Shown: positions 8,906 through 19,430, counted from the stretch's first letter. The stretch: 64,000 nucleotides of DNA from Bacteroidota bacterium (GCA_021812985.1 JAKAMG010000014.1:12817-76816), one strand, 5' to 3'. Numbers and translations: made by a program. The notes: a model not told the origin generated them from the letters alone.

Positions 8906-11026
8906 ATGGCATCCACTGAATCACTGCTGTTAAATCTGGCTCTTGCGGTCCTGTTCCTTCCGCTCGCGGGTTTTGCGCTTCTTATCTTCTTCGGAAAGAA
9001 GATACCGCGCCAGGACCTTGTGGAAACCGGAATCCTGTTCACCGCGCTTGCGATCTCGATATATATCATGGTGCAGAAGGTGTTCTTTGTATCTGCACCG
9101 ACAATAGATCTGACTTTTAAATGGCTGGACCTCGGCGCGGTAGCTGGTCAGCAGGGATTCTCGATAGACCTCGGGATCGCCATAGACAACATCGCGGCGA
9201 TAATGCTCGTGGTCGTAACCCTGATTAGCTCGCTCGTCCACACCTTCTCTCTTGCGTACATGGAAGGCGATGTCAGGTACACTCGCTACTACGCCTACCT
9301 GGGACTTTTCAGTTTTTCGATGCTTGGGATAGTCCTCTCAAACAATCTTCTCATGATCTATGTGTTCTGGGAGCTCGTAGGCATCAGTTCTTACCTCCTC
9401 ATCGGCCACTGGTACGAGAAAAAATCGGCGAGTGATGCTAGCAAGAAGGCGTTTATTGTCAACAGGGTGGGTGACGTTGGCTTCTTTATTGGAATAATGA
9501 TAGTCTTCACGAGCCTCCACACTTTTCTCTTAAGAGATGTTTTCGGTGGGATTGCGGCACAGCACCTCACCGGTCCTCTGCTGACAGCCGCGGGCATACT
9601 GATATTCTGCGGAGCTGTCGGTAAGTCGGCGCAGTTCCCGCTCCATGTCTGGCTGCCTGACGCTATGGAAGGCCCAACGCCCGTCAGCGCACTCATTCAC
9701 GCGGCCACCATGGTCGCCGCCGGAGTGTATCTCGTGGCCAGAATCTTTCCGATGCTTACCGCGGAGGCTCTCACTGTAATAGCGTATATCGGGGCTATAA
9801 CCGCATTCATTGCCGCCACCATCGCCGTTACCCAGAACGATATCAAGAAAGTCCTGGCCTATTCAACTATCAGCCAGCTCGGGTACATGATCATGGCGCT
9901 CGGCGTCGACGCTTATTCCGCAGGCTTCTTCCACCTCGTGACTCACGCCGCTTTCAAGGCTGGACTCTTTCTCGCTTCGGGTTCTGTGATTTACGCGATG
10001 CACCACGAACAGGACATGAGGAATATGGGCGGTCTCCGCAAGAAGATGCCGATCACATACTGGGCTTTCGTAATATTCAGCCTTTCGATTTCAGGCATAC
10101 CTTTCACATCCGGGTTCCTCAGCAAGGACAGTATTCTTGCGGGAGCGCTTGCCTACGGACTCCTTACCGGCAATTATCTGATCCCCATTATTGGGTACCT
10201 CGTCGTTTTCCTGACAGCTGCCTATATGTTCAGGCTGATCATCATGACTTTCCACGGCGAGCCTCGGGATCATCATAAGTACGAGCATGCCAAGGAATCC
10301 CCAAAGGTCATGACTGTTCCGCTGATTGTGCTCGCGTCTCTATCGATCTTCGTTTTCTACAGTTTCAACCCCTTCAATCCTGAGAAGGGTTGGTTCCTGC
10401 AGGCGGTTCAACAGCCGGCCAGCGTCGTTCCCGCGGCCCAAAGCTACGGTTTCGATCAGCCGGTAAACGATGTGCAGGTGACTTCTCCGCAGCAGCAGCC
10501 GAATGCGGCCGAGTTGAGCGTTGAGGCTCAAAAGACGGAGACGACAAGATACGAAGAGGCGATGGAAGCCGTCCATTACCCGGGCCTAGCGCTTTCTCTT
10601 ACACTCGCCGTGCTCGGCATCCTGGCAGCCTTCGTCGTCTACGACTGGAAAAAGATAGACGCCGAAAAGCTGAAGCAGCGTGTCAAGCCGGTTTACACGT
10701 TCCTGTATAACAAGTGGTACTTCGATGAGCTTTACGACGCGACGGCTGTGGCGGGCACGTTACTCTTGAGCAAGTCGCTTGCTTGGTTTGACGGCCATGT
10801 GATCGACGGCGTCGTCAACGGGGCAGCCACTCTGACGCGGCTCTGGTCCACGCTCAGCGGAAAATTTGATCACTACATCGTTGACGGTCTTGTCAATTTC
10901 TCGGCCTGGTTCACAGGATTTCTTGGCAAGGCGACACGAAGAGTTCAGACCGGAAAGGTGCAGACCTATATCGTGTTTGCCCTTCTCGGAGTGATAGTAA
11001 TCTTCTACGTTTTTAGACAGTTTTGA
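8906..11026 (+). CDS. nuoL: NADH-quinone oxidoreductase subunit L
   Basis: 706-aa antiporter-like subunit with the WELVGISSYLLIGHW and GKSAQFPLHVWLPDAMEGPTPVSALIHAATMV motifs. Confidence 0.9.
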   Translation: MASTESLLLNLALAVLFLPLAGFALLIFFGKKIPRQDLVETGILFTALAISIYIMVQKVFFVSAPTIDLTFKWLDLGAVAGQQGFSIDLGIAIDNIAAIMLVVVTLISSLVHTFSLAYMEGDVRYTRYYAYLGLFSFSMLGIVLSNNLLMIYVFWELVGISSYLLIGHWYEKKSASDASKKAFIVNRVGDVGFFIGIMIVFTSLHTFLLRDVFGGIAAQHLTGPLLTAAGILIFCGAVGKSAQFPLHVWLPDAMEGPTPVSALIHAATMVAAGVYLVARIFPMLTAEALTVIAYIGAITAFIAATIAVTQNDIKKVLAYSTISQLGYMIMALGVDAYSAGFFHLVTHAAFKAGLFLASGSVIYAMHHEQDMRNMGGLRKKMPITYWAFVIFSLSISGIPFTSGFLSKDSILAGALAYGLLTGNYLIPIIGYLVVFLTAAYMFRLIIMTFHGEPRDHHKYEHAKESPKVMTVPLIVLASLSIFVFYSFNPFNPEKGWFLQAVQQPASVVPAAQSYGFDQPVNDVQVTSPQQQPNAAELSVEAQKTETTRYEEAMEAVHYPGLALSLTLAVLGILAAFVVYDWKKIDAEKLKQRVKPVYTFLYNKWYFDELYDATAVAGTLLLSKSLAWFDGHVIDGVVNGAATLTRLWSTLSGKFDHYIVDGLVNFSAWFTGFLGKATRRVQTGKVQTYIVFALLGVIVIFYVFRQF

Positions 11027-11065
11027 TTTGAGCAGTTCGAATTTAGACATATCGTTGGAGGTATA

Positions 11066-12670
11066 ATGCAGTATCAATTCTTAGGAATTGGATATCTGAC
11101 CTGGATTACATTCTTGCCGTTAATTGGAATGGCTGTTGTGCTTCTCATTCCGAAGAGTAACATAAACGCGATGAAATGGACCGCTCTCGCCGCGACAATA
11201 CTTCAGCTCGTTTTGGCGGCGATCATCTGGGTTAATTTTAAACCGTCACTTTCCGGTATTAACGACCCGAACGGATTTCAGTTCGTGGAAAAGACAAGGT
11301 GGATAGATCTCCCCGGTGTTGCCTGGTTCGGGCACGTTGCCGTCGATTACTTCCTGGGAATCGATGGGCTGAGCCTGCCGATGGTCATGTTGACCGCGCT
11401 GATCTCGTTCGTGGGTGTCATAGCATCGTGGAACATCGGCAAATCGCAGAAAGGTTACTTCGCTCTTTATCTCCTGCTCGACACAGGGATGATGGGTGTT
11501 TTCGTGGCTCTCGACATGTTCCTCTTCTACGTGTTCTGGGAACTGATGCTTCTTCCGATGTACTTTCTTATCGGAATCTGGGGGGGGCCGAGAAGGGAAT
11601 ACGCCGCTATCAAGTTCTTCCTCTATACGCTCCTTGGCTCGGTACTAATTCTGCTTGTCATGCTTGGCTTGTATTTCAGCGTGAACGTTACCGACCCTGC
11701 GACGGGGCAGGCGATGCACACCTTCGATATGCTCGCGATGATGAACCCCCAGAACTATGACCCGCACGCGCTCTTTGCCGGCATCGGCACCTACTGGCGC
11801 TATGTTGCCTTCATCGCCCTCTTCATCGGGTTCGCGATCAAGGTGCCAATTTTTCCGTTCCATACCTGGCTGCCCGATGCGCACGTGGAGGCTCCGACGG
11901 CTATCAGCGTCATCCTCGCCGGTGTTCTGCTGAAGATGGGTACCTACGGTTTCCTCAGGATCAGCTTTCCGATATTTCCAGACGCGGTCCTGAAGTTTTC
12001 ATACGCGCTGGCGATACTCGGATTCATCAACATAGTCTACGGCGCTCTTTGCGCGATGGCACAGACTGATTTCAAAAAGCTGATCGCCTACTCGAGCATA
12101 AGCCATATGGGTGTCGTGCTCCTTGGGATTGCGGCCCTGAACACGCAGGGCGTCGCGGGCGGAGTGCTGCAGATGTTTAACCACGGTGTCGTCACCGCGA
12201 TGCTCTTCCTCATCGTCGGCGTGATATACGATCGCGCGCACACGAGGGGAGTGAACGATTTTGGCGGACTGGCCAACCAGATGCCGGTCTACACTGGCAT
12301 AATGACAGTTGCGTTCTTTGCCGCGATCGGCCTGCCGGGCCTCAGCGAGTTCATAAGCGAACTCCTCTCATACCTCGGAGCCTTCCAGACCTTCCGCTGG
12401 ATAGCAATTTTCTCCAGCATTGGCATAGTGCTGACAGCCGGTTACATGCTCTGGACGCTGCAGCGGGTTTTCCTCGGGCAGTTGCCTGAAAAGTGGAAGG
12501 GCCTGACGGATGTGAATGGCCGCGAGCTGGTGTCGCTCGTTCCGCTGATGGTCGTCGTCATACTGCTCGGCGTATTCCCGTCGATCATGCTTCATCCCAT
12601 GAGCGCGACTCTTAACAACCTCGTGGACTTCATTCACAAGGTCGGCACCGGCATGACAGCGCTGAAGTGA
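11066..12670 (+). CDS. nuoM: NADH-quinone oxidoreductase subunit M
   Basis: 534-aa antiporter-like subunit with FPFHTWLPDAHVEAPTA and position between nuoL and nuoN. Confidence 0.9.
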   Translation: MQYQFLGIGYLTWITFLPLIGMAVVLLIPKSNINAMKWTALAATILQLVLAAIIWVNFKPSLSGINDPNGFQFVEKTRWIDLPGVAWFGHVAVDYFLGIDGLSLPMVMLTALISFVGVIASWNIGKSQKGYFALYLLLDTGMMGVFVALDMFLFYVFWELMLLPMYFLIGIWGGPRREYAAIKFFLYTLLGSVLILLVMLGLYFSVNVTDPATGQAMHTFDMLAMMNPQNYDPHALFAGIGTYWRYVAFIALFIGFAIKVPIFPFHTWLPDAHVEAPTAISVILAGVLLKMGTYGFLRISFPIFPDAVLKFSYALAILGFINIVYGALCAMAQTDFKKLIAYSSISHMGVVLLGIAALNTQGVAGGVLQMFNHGVVTAMLFLIVGVIYDRAHTRGVNDFGGLANQMPVYTGIMTVAFFAAIGLPGLSEFISELLSYLGAFQTFRWIAIFSSIGIVLTAGYMLWTLQRVFLGQLPEKWKGLTDVNGRELVSLVPLMVVVILLGVFPSIMLHPMSATLNNLVDFIHKVGTGMTALK

Positions 12671-12739
12671 CCGCGTCCGAAGTGAATCGGCGTGTGCTCT
12701 AACTAGGAATTCAAAATTAAGAATTGAGAATCTATTAAA

Positions 12740-14236
12740 ATGGTACAGACCATATACGAGAGTTTCGGCTACGTAATCCCTGAAACTGTCCTCTCTGTTT
12801 TCTTCGTGCTTACGCTGCTGACCTCGCTTGTAGGGGACAGGAGGAGTAAGTATCTCCCCGCGTATACCGCGCTCCTCGGATTCGCTGTCACAGGCGCATT
12901 TGTTGCGGGACAGATTGGGATGGATCAGCTCGTGTTCAGCGGCATGTACGCAGTGGACCCCTTCAGTTGGTTTTTTAAAGTTCTCTTCCTTGTTAGCGGC
13001 GCTCTGATAGTCCTGTTTTCGATGCAGAGCAGGGAACTCGATACCGCCTCGACGAAATACGCTGAATATTACAGCCTCATTATTTCGCTGACCATAGGTG
13101 CTTTCTTCATGGCCGGGGCGTCAAATCTTCTCATGATGTATCTGTCGCTCGAACTCGTCAGCATCTCATCATATATTCTATCCGGTTTTACAAAAGAAAA
13201 TCCGAGGGCGGACGAGGCATCGCTGAAGTACGTCATCTACGGCGCTTTCTCCTCCGGCCTTATGCTGTATGGCATTTCGATCTTGTACGGCTTAACCGGC
13301 GAACTAAATATTTACGCCCTTAACCAGGCATTCTCTTCTGGGGCATTGTCTCAGGTATCGGTGCTGATCGCAATAGTGTTAATGCTGGCGGGACTTGGGT
13401 ACAAAATAAGCGCGGTTCCGTTCCACTTCTGGACGCCAGACGTTTACGAAGGCGCCCCGGTGACTGTCACGGCGTTTCTTTCCGTTACTTCGAAGGCGGC
13501 CGGATTTGCGATGCTCATACGATTCTTCAAGATAGGTTTCATTGATATCGCTGCGCAGCCCGCCGTCGCCGGTATGTGGCAAATCTTCCACGGCCTGAAT
13601 TGGACCGACATAATCGCCGTTTTGTCCGTGCTTACGATGACACTGGGAAACCTCGTGGCGTTGTGGCAGACCAACATGAAACGTCTCCTCGCCTATTCGA
13701 GTATCGCTCATGCGGGATACATACTCATGGGCTTCGTCACGCTGACAGACCAGGGTATATCCGCGATGCTGATGTATTTTGTCGCATATCTCCTGATGAA
13801 CCTTGGAGCATTCTACATAGTGATGCTCGTGGCGAACAAGTATCAAACCGAAGACATAGACGGATATGCTGGCTTGGGATACAGGTCGCCATACGCCGCA
13901 TTCGCGCTGACAGTTTTCCTCTTTTCTCTTACCGGAATACCGCCGACATTCGGCTTTATCGGAAAGCTTTATCTTTTCGCCGCTCTGATTAAGACGAACT
14001 ACATCTGGCTTGCCATAGTCGGCGTGCTCAACAGCGTTGTGTCACTTTACTACTATGTGAAGGTCGTGCGGAGCATGTACCTCGTCACTCCCGCGGATTC
14101 GACACGTGTGGATTTTGGCTTTGGCACTAACCTGCTGATGACGGTTCTTATGGTTCCCAACATAGCGCTGATGCTTTACTTCACCCCGGTGCTGAACTGG
14201 GCGGAGCACTCAGTGCTTATGTTCGGATTGCACTAA
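12740..14236 (+). CDS. nuoN: NADH-quinone oxidoreductase subunit N
   Basis: 498-aa antiporter-like subunit with the FHFWTPDVYEGAPVTVTAF motif. Last gene of the cluster. Confidence 0.9.
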   Translation: MVQTIYESFGYVIPETVLSVFFVLTLLTSLVGDRRSKYLPAYTALLGFAVTGAFVAGQIGMDQLVFSGMYAVDPFSWFFKVLFLVSGALIVLFSMQSRELDTASTKYAEYYSLIISLTIGAFFMAGASNLLMMYLSLELVSISSYILSGFTKENPRADEASLKYVIYGAFSSGLMLYGISILYGLTGELNIYALNQAFSSGALSQVSVLIAIVLMLAGLGYKISAVPFHFWTPDVYEGAPVTVTAFLSVTSKAAGFAMLIRFFKIGFIDIAAQPAVAGMWQIFHGLNWTDIIAVLSVLTMTLGNLVALWQTNMKRLLAYSSIAHAGYILMGFVTLTDQGISAMLMYFVAYLLMNLGAFYIVMLVANKYQTEDIDGYAGLGYRSPYAAFALTVFLFSLTGIPPTFGFIGKLYLFAALIKTNYIWLAIVGVLNSVVSLYYYVKVVRSMYLVTPADSTRVDFGFGTNLLMTVLMVPNIALMLYFTPVLNWAEHSVLMFGLH

Positions 14237-14479
14237 GGAGACTCGGACTTCATCGTACGGCAGCATTTACAAGGCCGACGGTCGAGGTCATGCATGTCAT
14301 TCCGGCCGCTTCCAGCGGACTGATTGTGTAGCGAAGTGGCTTCCCGGATTTATTCAACAAGGGACCCCGCAACCGGAAATATCCAGTATTGTTTGCTGTG
14401 CAGGAAGAGGGCGGCGGCTTATAGCTTCACGCCAGAGTGATTTCGGCCATTCCGCAATCAAATTTGAAGGAGGAGTACC

Positions 14480-14917
14480 ATGGGCCAGCAGCAACTTCTC
14501 TTAGTAGTTCTGGGGGTAATAATAATCGGCATCGCCATAGCCGTGGGAATTACCATGTTCAGAAGTTCCGCGCAGAGTTCAAATCGTGATCGCGTCATCG
14601 ACGATCTGGAAAGGCTGGGGGGTGAGGCGCAGGCTTACTACAGAAAGCCGACCACGATGGCTGGAGGGGAAGGAGACTTCAGGAATTTTTCACTCTCTCC
14701 CGCTGACACAGGGAATGACGACGGAAGCTTCGCCGCCAGGACGAGGGCCCCAAACGATGCCGACTTCGTGCGTGGGAGCACTGCTCCGATATCGTCGTCT
14801 TCTCAGGTAATATATATAATCGGATACGGGAAAGAAGTGGGGAACAACAACCGGGAAGCCGTAAAAGCGTTTGCTACGGTGACGCCCGACTCAGTTGGCA
14901 TAACCGTACTCAACTGA
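14480..14917 (+). CDS. small membrane-anchored protein, pilin-like N-terminal helix, function unknown
   Basis: 145 aa with a strong RBS (gaaggagg) 7 nt upstream. One N-terminal hydrophobic helix (LLLVVLGVIIIGIAIAVGITMF) is followed by an amphipathic stretch ending ..AQAYYRKP. There is no G/FTLIE prepilin cleavage motif. Confidence 0.5.
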   Translation: MGQQQLLLVVLGVIIIGIAIAVGITMFRSSAQSSNRDRVIDDLERLGGEAQAYYRKPTTMAGGEGDFRNFSLSPADTGNDDGSFAARTRAPNDADFVRGSTAPISSSSQVIYIIGYGKEVGNNNREAVKAFATVTPDSVGITVLN

Positions 14918-14982
14918 TCCAACATCTCCGGTGAGACTAGCAACCGCTAGGAAAGATGGCGGATCAAACGAAGGGCTAAAAC

Positions 14983-15014
14983 AAATCCGTCCTGCCGAAA
15001 GACAGGACGGATTT
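14983..15014. terminator. bidirectional rho-independent-type terminator hairpin between convergent genes
   Basis: Perfect 12-bp stem aaatccgtcctg / caggacggattt with an 8-nt loop. A-run on one side and T-run on the other. It lies between the stop at 14917 (+) and the rpsU stop at 15020 (-). Confidence 0.7.
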
Positions 15015-15019
15015 CCTAA

Positions 15020-15214
15020 TCAACCGAGTTCCGAGGCAAGTTTCTGAGAGCGGCGTATAGCTTTTACGCGCTTCATCCTCTTGCGGACTGAAGGTTTCGT
15101 GAAATAAGTACGCTTCTTGAACTCTTTAAGAATTCCGGAGCGCTCATACTTTTTCTTGAAACGCCTCAGTGCTCTGTCGATCGGCTCATTCTCTTGAACA
15201 ATGACGCCGACCAA
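15020..15214 (-). CDS. rpsU: 30S ribosomal protein S21
   Basis: 64-aa basic protein, ..IDRALRRFKKKYERSGILKEFKKRTYFTKPS.., a typical S21. Confidence 0.9.
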   Translation of the reverse strand: MVGVIVQENEPIDRALRRFKKKYERSGILKEFKKRTYFTKPSVRKRMKRVKAIRRSQKLASELG

Positions 15215-15403
15215 TCAAATCACCTTCCTTTGTTTTTAGGTTTACTACTGGATAAAGATAGCCATCCGCCTCCGGAAAAACAACCCCGTGAAGTTCTATC
15301 TTCTTATCCAATCGCCGGACAGCGCTTTCTGTAGAATCGCAAGCGGTATGTCTCGATTCCTTCCGAATGATTTTCCGCATTCTTCTGATTATATTATTGC
15401 GTT

Positions 15404-16261
15404 GTGGGATCAATGAACTCATCAAGCTTAAGATATCGATTCGGCGAGACGACTCTCGAGTTCGGGCGGCGCACATTCATAATGGCCATACTGAATGTCA
15501 CCCCTGATTCATTTTCCGACGGGGGAAGGTTTTTCGATCAGACGGACGCCGTTCTTCACGCGTTCCAGATGGCCAAGGATGGCGCCGATATAATAGACGT
15601 CGGGGGCGAATCGACACGGCCGGGAGCGGAACAAATTACTGCAGAAGAGGAAAAGAGACGAGTAATACCCGTCATCTCAAAGATTGTTCAGAAATTGAAG
15701 ATCCCCGTCTCCGTTGATACATGTAAGTCTGACGTCGCCCGCGATGCGCTGAAGGCAGGGGCGACCATCGTGAACGATATCACCGGTCTCCACGGCGATC
15801 CCGGCATGGCAGACGCCATAGCCGAAGCTGGCGCGTCTGTCGTGATAATGCACATCAAGGGAACGCCAAAAGACATGCAGTCGAACCCTCGCTACGACGA
15901 CTTGATACACGAAGTCTATGATTATCTTGCTTCCGCCGTCGAGGGCGCCCGCAAGAGAGGGATCACTCAGATAATGATAGATCCCGGAATTGGGTTTGGA
16001 AAGACTCCTGACCACAATCTCGAACTCATAAACAGGCTCGACGAATTCCGGGGGATCGGAGTTCCGATTCTGATTGGCGTTTCCAGGAAATCATTCATCG
16101 GGAAAATCCTGGAGACCCCGGTGGAATCGCGGCTCGAAGGGACTGCGGCAGCGGTGGCTGCCAGCATACTGCGCGGAGCTGACATTGTGAGAGTGCACGA
16201 CGTGAGGGAGATGCGGAGGGTGGCTCTGGTGGCCGACGCAATACGGAGACAAGGGATCTGA
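15404..16261 (+). CDS. folP: dihydropteroate synthase
   Basis: 285 aa with ILNVTPDSFSDGG, DIIDVGGESTRPG and DPGIGFGKT motifs. Confidence 0.9.
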   Translation: MGSMNSSSLRYRFGETTLEFGRRTFIMAILNVTPDSFSDGGRFFDQTDAVLHAFQMAKDGADIIDVGGESTRPGAEQITAEEEKRRVIPVISKIVQKLKIPVSVDTCKSDVARDALKAGATIVNDITGLHGDPGMADAIAEAGASVVIMHIKGTPKDMQSNPRYDDLIHEVYDYLASAVEGARKRGITQIMIDPGIGFGKTPDHNLELINRLDEFRGIGVPILIGVSRKSFIGKILETPVESRLEGTAAAVAASILRGADIVRVHDVREMRRVALVADAIRRQGI

Positions 16262-16343
16262 TGAGATTGAAAGACTACCGCACTAAATGGGCCGGCGCCG
16301 GTTCATTTTATAATCGAACCCGGAATTAAAGGCAACGTTTTCC

Positions 16344-17159
16344 ATGGAGCTCTTCCGCATTGGATTCATTACCGTATCGCTGATCGATATCGTAGATATC
16401 GCCATCGTAGCTTTCATATTCTACAAGCTTTACCAGGTCATGCGTGGTACTGTTGCTGCGCAGATTTTCATCGGACTCCTCATGATACTGGCGCTTTCCT
16501 TCGCGGCGCAGGCGCTGGGGATGCGGGCACTTGGATGGCTTCTCGGCACGCTGACAAACATCTGGGTGATTGCCTTCATTGTGTTATTCCAGCCCGAGCT
16601 CAGGAGACTATTCCTGTATTTCGGCAAGAACAGTTTCGTGAGGTTCTTTATACATATCGACATTAGCGAGACTGTCGATGACATCGCCGACGCGGCCGCC
16701 GAACTGAGTAATCGCCAGCATGGAGCATTGATTGTCATTGCCCGAGGGAGCGCCCTTCGGACAATTATTGAAACTGGTGAGGAGATTCGAGCCAAGGTGT
16801 CGAAAGGTCTTCTCGTGACCCTTTTCAATCCGAAAGCCCCTTTGCACGACGGCGCGGTCGTTGTCAGGGGAGACACGGTTGAGGCCGCGAGGTGCACCCT
16901 TCCGCTCAGCTCGACGACAAAGATTGGCGGTTACGTCCTCGGCATGAGGCACAGGGCCGGTCTCGGACTCTCGGAACAATCAGACGCGCTGGTTGTCATC
17001 GTCTCTGAAGAAACAGGTACAATTTCGGTCGCGGAGGAAGGGGCGTTGACCCGTGGTCTCTCCCCAGAGGGCCTGAGGCGGAAACTGAAGGAGACACTGC
17101 CGGGTCCATCGGACAAGGGAGCCAAGTCAATTCTGAAGCGCGCGGCCGAAAATGCCTAA
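16344..17159 (+). CDS. cdaA: diadenylate cyclase (c-di-AMP synthase), CdaA type
   Basis: 271 aa with three N-terminal TM helices and a DAC domain (HGALIVI..., LHDGAVVV, GMRHRAGLGLSEQSDALVVIVSEETGTISV). Confidence 0.9.
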   Translation: MELFRIGFITVSLIDIVDIAIVAFIFYKLYQVMRGTVAAQIFIGLLMILALSFAAQALGMRALGWLLGTLTNIWVIAFIVLFQPELRRLFLYFGKNSFVRFFIHIDISETVDDIADAAAELSNRQHGALIVIARGSALRTIIETGEEIRAKVSKGLLVTLFNPKAPLHDGAVVVRGDTVEAARCTLPLSSTTKIGGYVLGMRHRAGLGLSEQSDALVVIVSEETGTISVAEEGALTRGLSPEGLRRKLKETLPGPSDKGAKSILKRAAENA

Positions 17160-17838
17160 GATCGCCGTAGTAGTCCCTGCATACAACGCAGCCGGGACAA
17201 TCGGCGAGCTCATTTCCAGACTCTCCGGCTCTGTTTCCCGCGAGAACATATTCGTCGTCGACGACGGATCTGCGGACCAAACGGAGTCGATAGCCCACGA
17301 CCTCGGAGTCTGGGTGTTGAAGCACCGGACGAACAGAGGGAAGGGATCAGCATTGAGGGATGGATTGAAGAAAGCAGTCGAACTCGATTATGAGTTGATT
17401 GTCACGCTCGACGCGGATTTGCAGCACGACCCTTCCGAGATTCCTTCTTTCGTTGAAGCCGCTAGTCATTTGGACATCGTCGTTGGGAAACGGAGCATCT
17501 CTCCGAGGACGATGCCTTTTCACAGAGTCATTTCGAATACGCTTACTTCTAAAATGATCTCCTGGCGGACCGGTTCAGTTGTTGATGACAGCCAGTGCGG
17601 TTACAGACTGTACACGGCCCGGGTTTTAAAGGCTATCGACTCGGACTGCCGGTACTTCGACTACGAATCTGATATTCTCCTGAAGGCCGCGCTGAGAGGC
17701 TTCAGGATAGGCTCGGTGCCTATCAAGACTATTTACAACGACTCCAGGAGTAACATGAGGGCCGTTGACATACTGCGTTTCGTCATTGTGTATCTAAAAT
17801 CCTTCAAAGTGAAAAGTGACAAAGACAGGACTTCTTGA
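17152..17838 (+). CDS. family 2 glycosyltransferase
   Basis: 228 aa with the VVVPAYNAAGTI...VVDDGSADQT Rossmann/DXD-type GT2 signature. It overlaps the cdaA stop by 8 nt. Confidence 0.8.
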   Translation: MPKIAVVVPAYNAAGTIGELISRLSGSVSRENIFVVDDGSADQTESIAHDLGVWVLKHRTNRGKGSALRDGLKKAVELDYELIVTLDADLQHDPSEIPSFVEAASHLDIVVGKRSISPRTMPFHRVISNTLTSKMISWRTGSVVDDSQCGYRLYTARVLKAIDSDCRYFDYESDILLKAALRGFRIGSVPIKTIYNDSRSNMRAVDILRFVIVYLKSFKVKSDKDRTS

Positions 17839-18487
17839 CAAATACAGGGAGGCGCGCGAGGATATGGTGCGGCTCCTGAGAGATCGTGGAATTTCCGACG
17901 AACGGGTTTTGGCAGCGATGCTTCAGATCGAAAGGCATCTCTTCGTTCCCATCCCTCTTCGAAACCACGCCTATGATGACGCCGCTCTGCCGATTGGCGA
18001 AGGCCAAACAATATCGCAACCGTTTACGGTGGCCATCATGACTGAGGCTTTGCGGGTTTCGGAGGAGAGCAAGATTCTAGAGATCGGCACCGGAAGCGGC
18101 TATCAGGCAGCCGTACTCTCCGCCATGGGTGCCAGAGTGTTTACAATAGAGAGGATTCCTTCTCTTCTTAAGACCGCTAGGACAGTCCTCGAATCTGTGA
18201 ACGCGAGGTTTGTGGCAAAGACAAGTGACGGTACAGTCGGCTGGAAGGAGTTTTCTCCATTCGACGGCATAGTAGTCACTGCGGGTGGTCCGGGAATCCC
18301 GAAGCCGTTGGTAGAGCAGTTGAAAGTGGGGGGAAGGCTCGTCGTGCCGGTTGGTTCCCACGAATACCAACAGCTTAAGATCGTGACTAAGACCGGCGCG
18401 AACAACGATTATTCCGTCGAGGACAAATCAGACTTCAAATTCGTTCCGCTAATCGGCAGGGATGGCTGGCCGGAGAGCGATGGCTGA
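17816..18487 (+). CDS. pcm: protein-L-isoaspartate O-methyltransferase
   Basis: 223 aa with the GQTISQPFTVAIMTEAL and LEIGTGSGYQAAVL SAM-binding motifs. Confidence 0.9.
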   Translation: MTKTGLLDKYREAREDMVRLLRDRGISDERVLAAMLQIERHLFVPIPLRNHAYDDAALPIGEGQTISQPFTVAIMTEALRVSEESKILEIGTGSGYQAAVLSAMGARVFTIERIPSLLKTARTVLESVNARFVAKTSDGTVGWKEFSPFDGIVVTAGGPGIPKPLVEQLKVGGRLVVPVGSHEYQQLKIVTKTGANNDYSVEDKSDFKFVPLIGRDGWPESDG

Positions 18488-19430
18488 AGGGTCGTCCGCC
18501 AGCGCCGGCAATCGCGTAGTCATTGCCATCGTCGGCCCGACATGCAGCGGTAAGACGGCTGTTGGCATAGAGCTTGCGAAACTTGTCGGTGGGGAAATTG
18601 TCTCGGCAGATTCTCGACAGATCTACAGATTGATCGATATAGGCACCGCCAAGCCGAGCGATAAAGAAAGGGCGGCTGTTCCTCACCACCTAATAGACAC
18701 CGTCCCCCTTGATGAAGAGGTAAGCGCGGGGACTTTCGGGAAATTGGGGAGAGAGGCAATTGAGGGGGTCTTTTCGAGACACCAGATTCCCATACTCGTC
18801 GGAGGCTCTGGACTCTACGTCCGAGCTGTCATAGACGGACTCTTCGATGCTCCAGATGTCGACGGGGGAGTTCGGCGCGAACTCCGCGTGCGCCTCAAGT
18901 CCGAAGGGGAAGAGGCGCTCCTGCTGGAGTTGAAACGTTTGGACCCCGAAGCCGCCAATGGTCTCATCCCACAAAATTACAAGCGCATACTTCGCGCATT
19001 GGAAATCTACTATTCGTCGGGTAAACCCATTTCGCAATTGCGGAAGGAGAACAAGCTTACCCCTGGCTTCAGGACACTTCAGTTCGGTATGAGGCTGGAG
19101 AGGGGGGAATTGTACAGCCGGATTGAGAAGAGGGTAGATGAAATGATATCCGCCGGACTTGTCGATGAGGTAAAAGAACTCCTTCGTCGGGGGTTTGAAC
19201 CCGGCATTAACTCACTCCAGACTGTCGGGTACAGGGAAGCGATCAGCTACGTGCAGGGGAAGATCAGATTCGAAGATATGGTATCGCTCATCAAGATGAA
19301 CACAAGGCGGTATGCGAAGCGGCAAGTCACGTGGTTTAAGAAAGATCCGAGAATAATCTGGGTGGGTGTGGACGGGAAGTCGCCTCATGAGATAGCGGAG
19401 GAAATCGCCGGTAGGTTTACTTCCGCCTGA
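18462..19430 (+). CDS. miaA: tRNA dimethylallyltransferase
   Basis: P-loop GPTCSGKT followed by VSADSRQIYRLIDIGTAKPS. The start could instead be the ATG at 18480. Confidence 0.9.
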   Translation: MAGRRAMAEGSSASAGNRVVIAIVGPTCSGKTAVGIELAKLVGGEIVSADSRQIYRLIDIGTAKPSDKERAAVPHHLIDTVPLDEEVSAGTFGKLGREAIEGVFSRHQIPILVGGSGLYVRAVIDGLFDAPDVDGGVRRELRVRLKSEGEEALLLELKRLDPEAANGLIPQNYKRILRALEIYYSSGKPISQLRKENKLTPGFRTLQFGMRLERGELYSRIEKRVDEMISAGLVDEVKELLRRGFEPGINSLQTVGYREAISYVQGKIRFEDMVSLIKMNTRRYAKRQVTWFKKDPRIIWVGVDGKSPHEIAEEIAGRFTSA

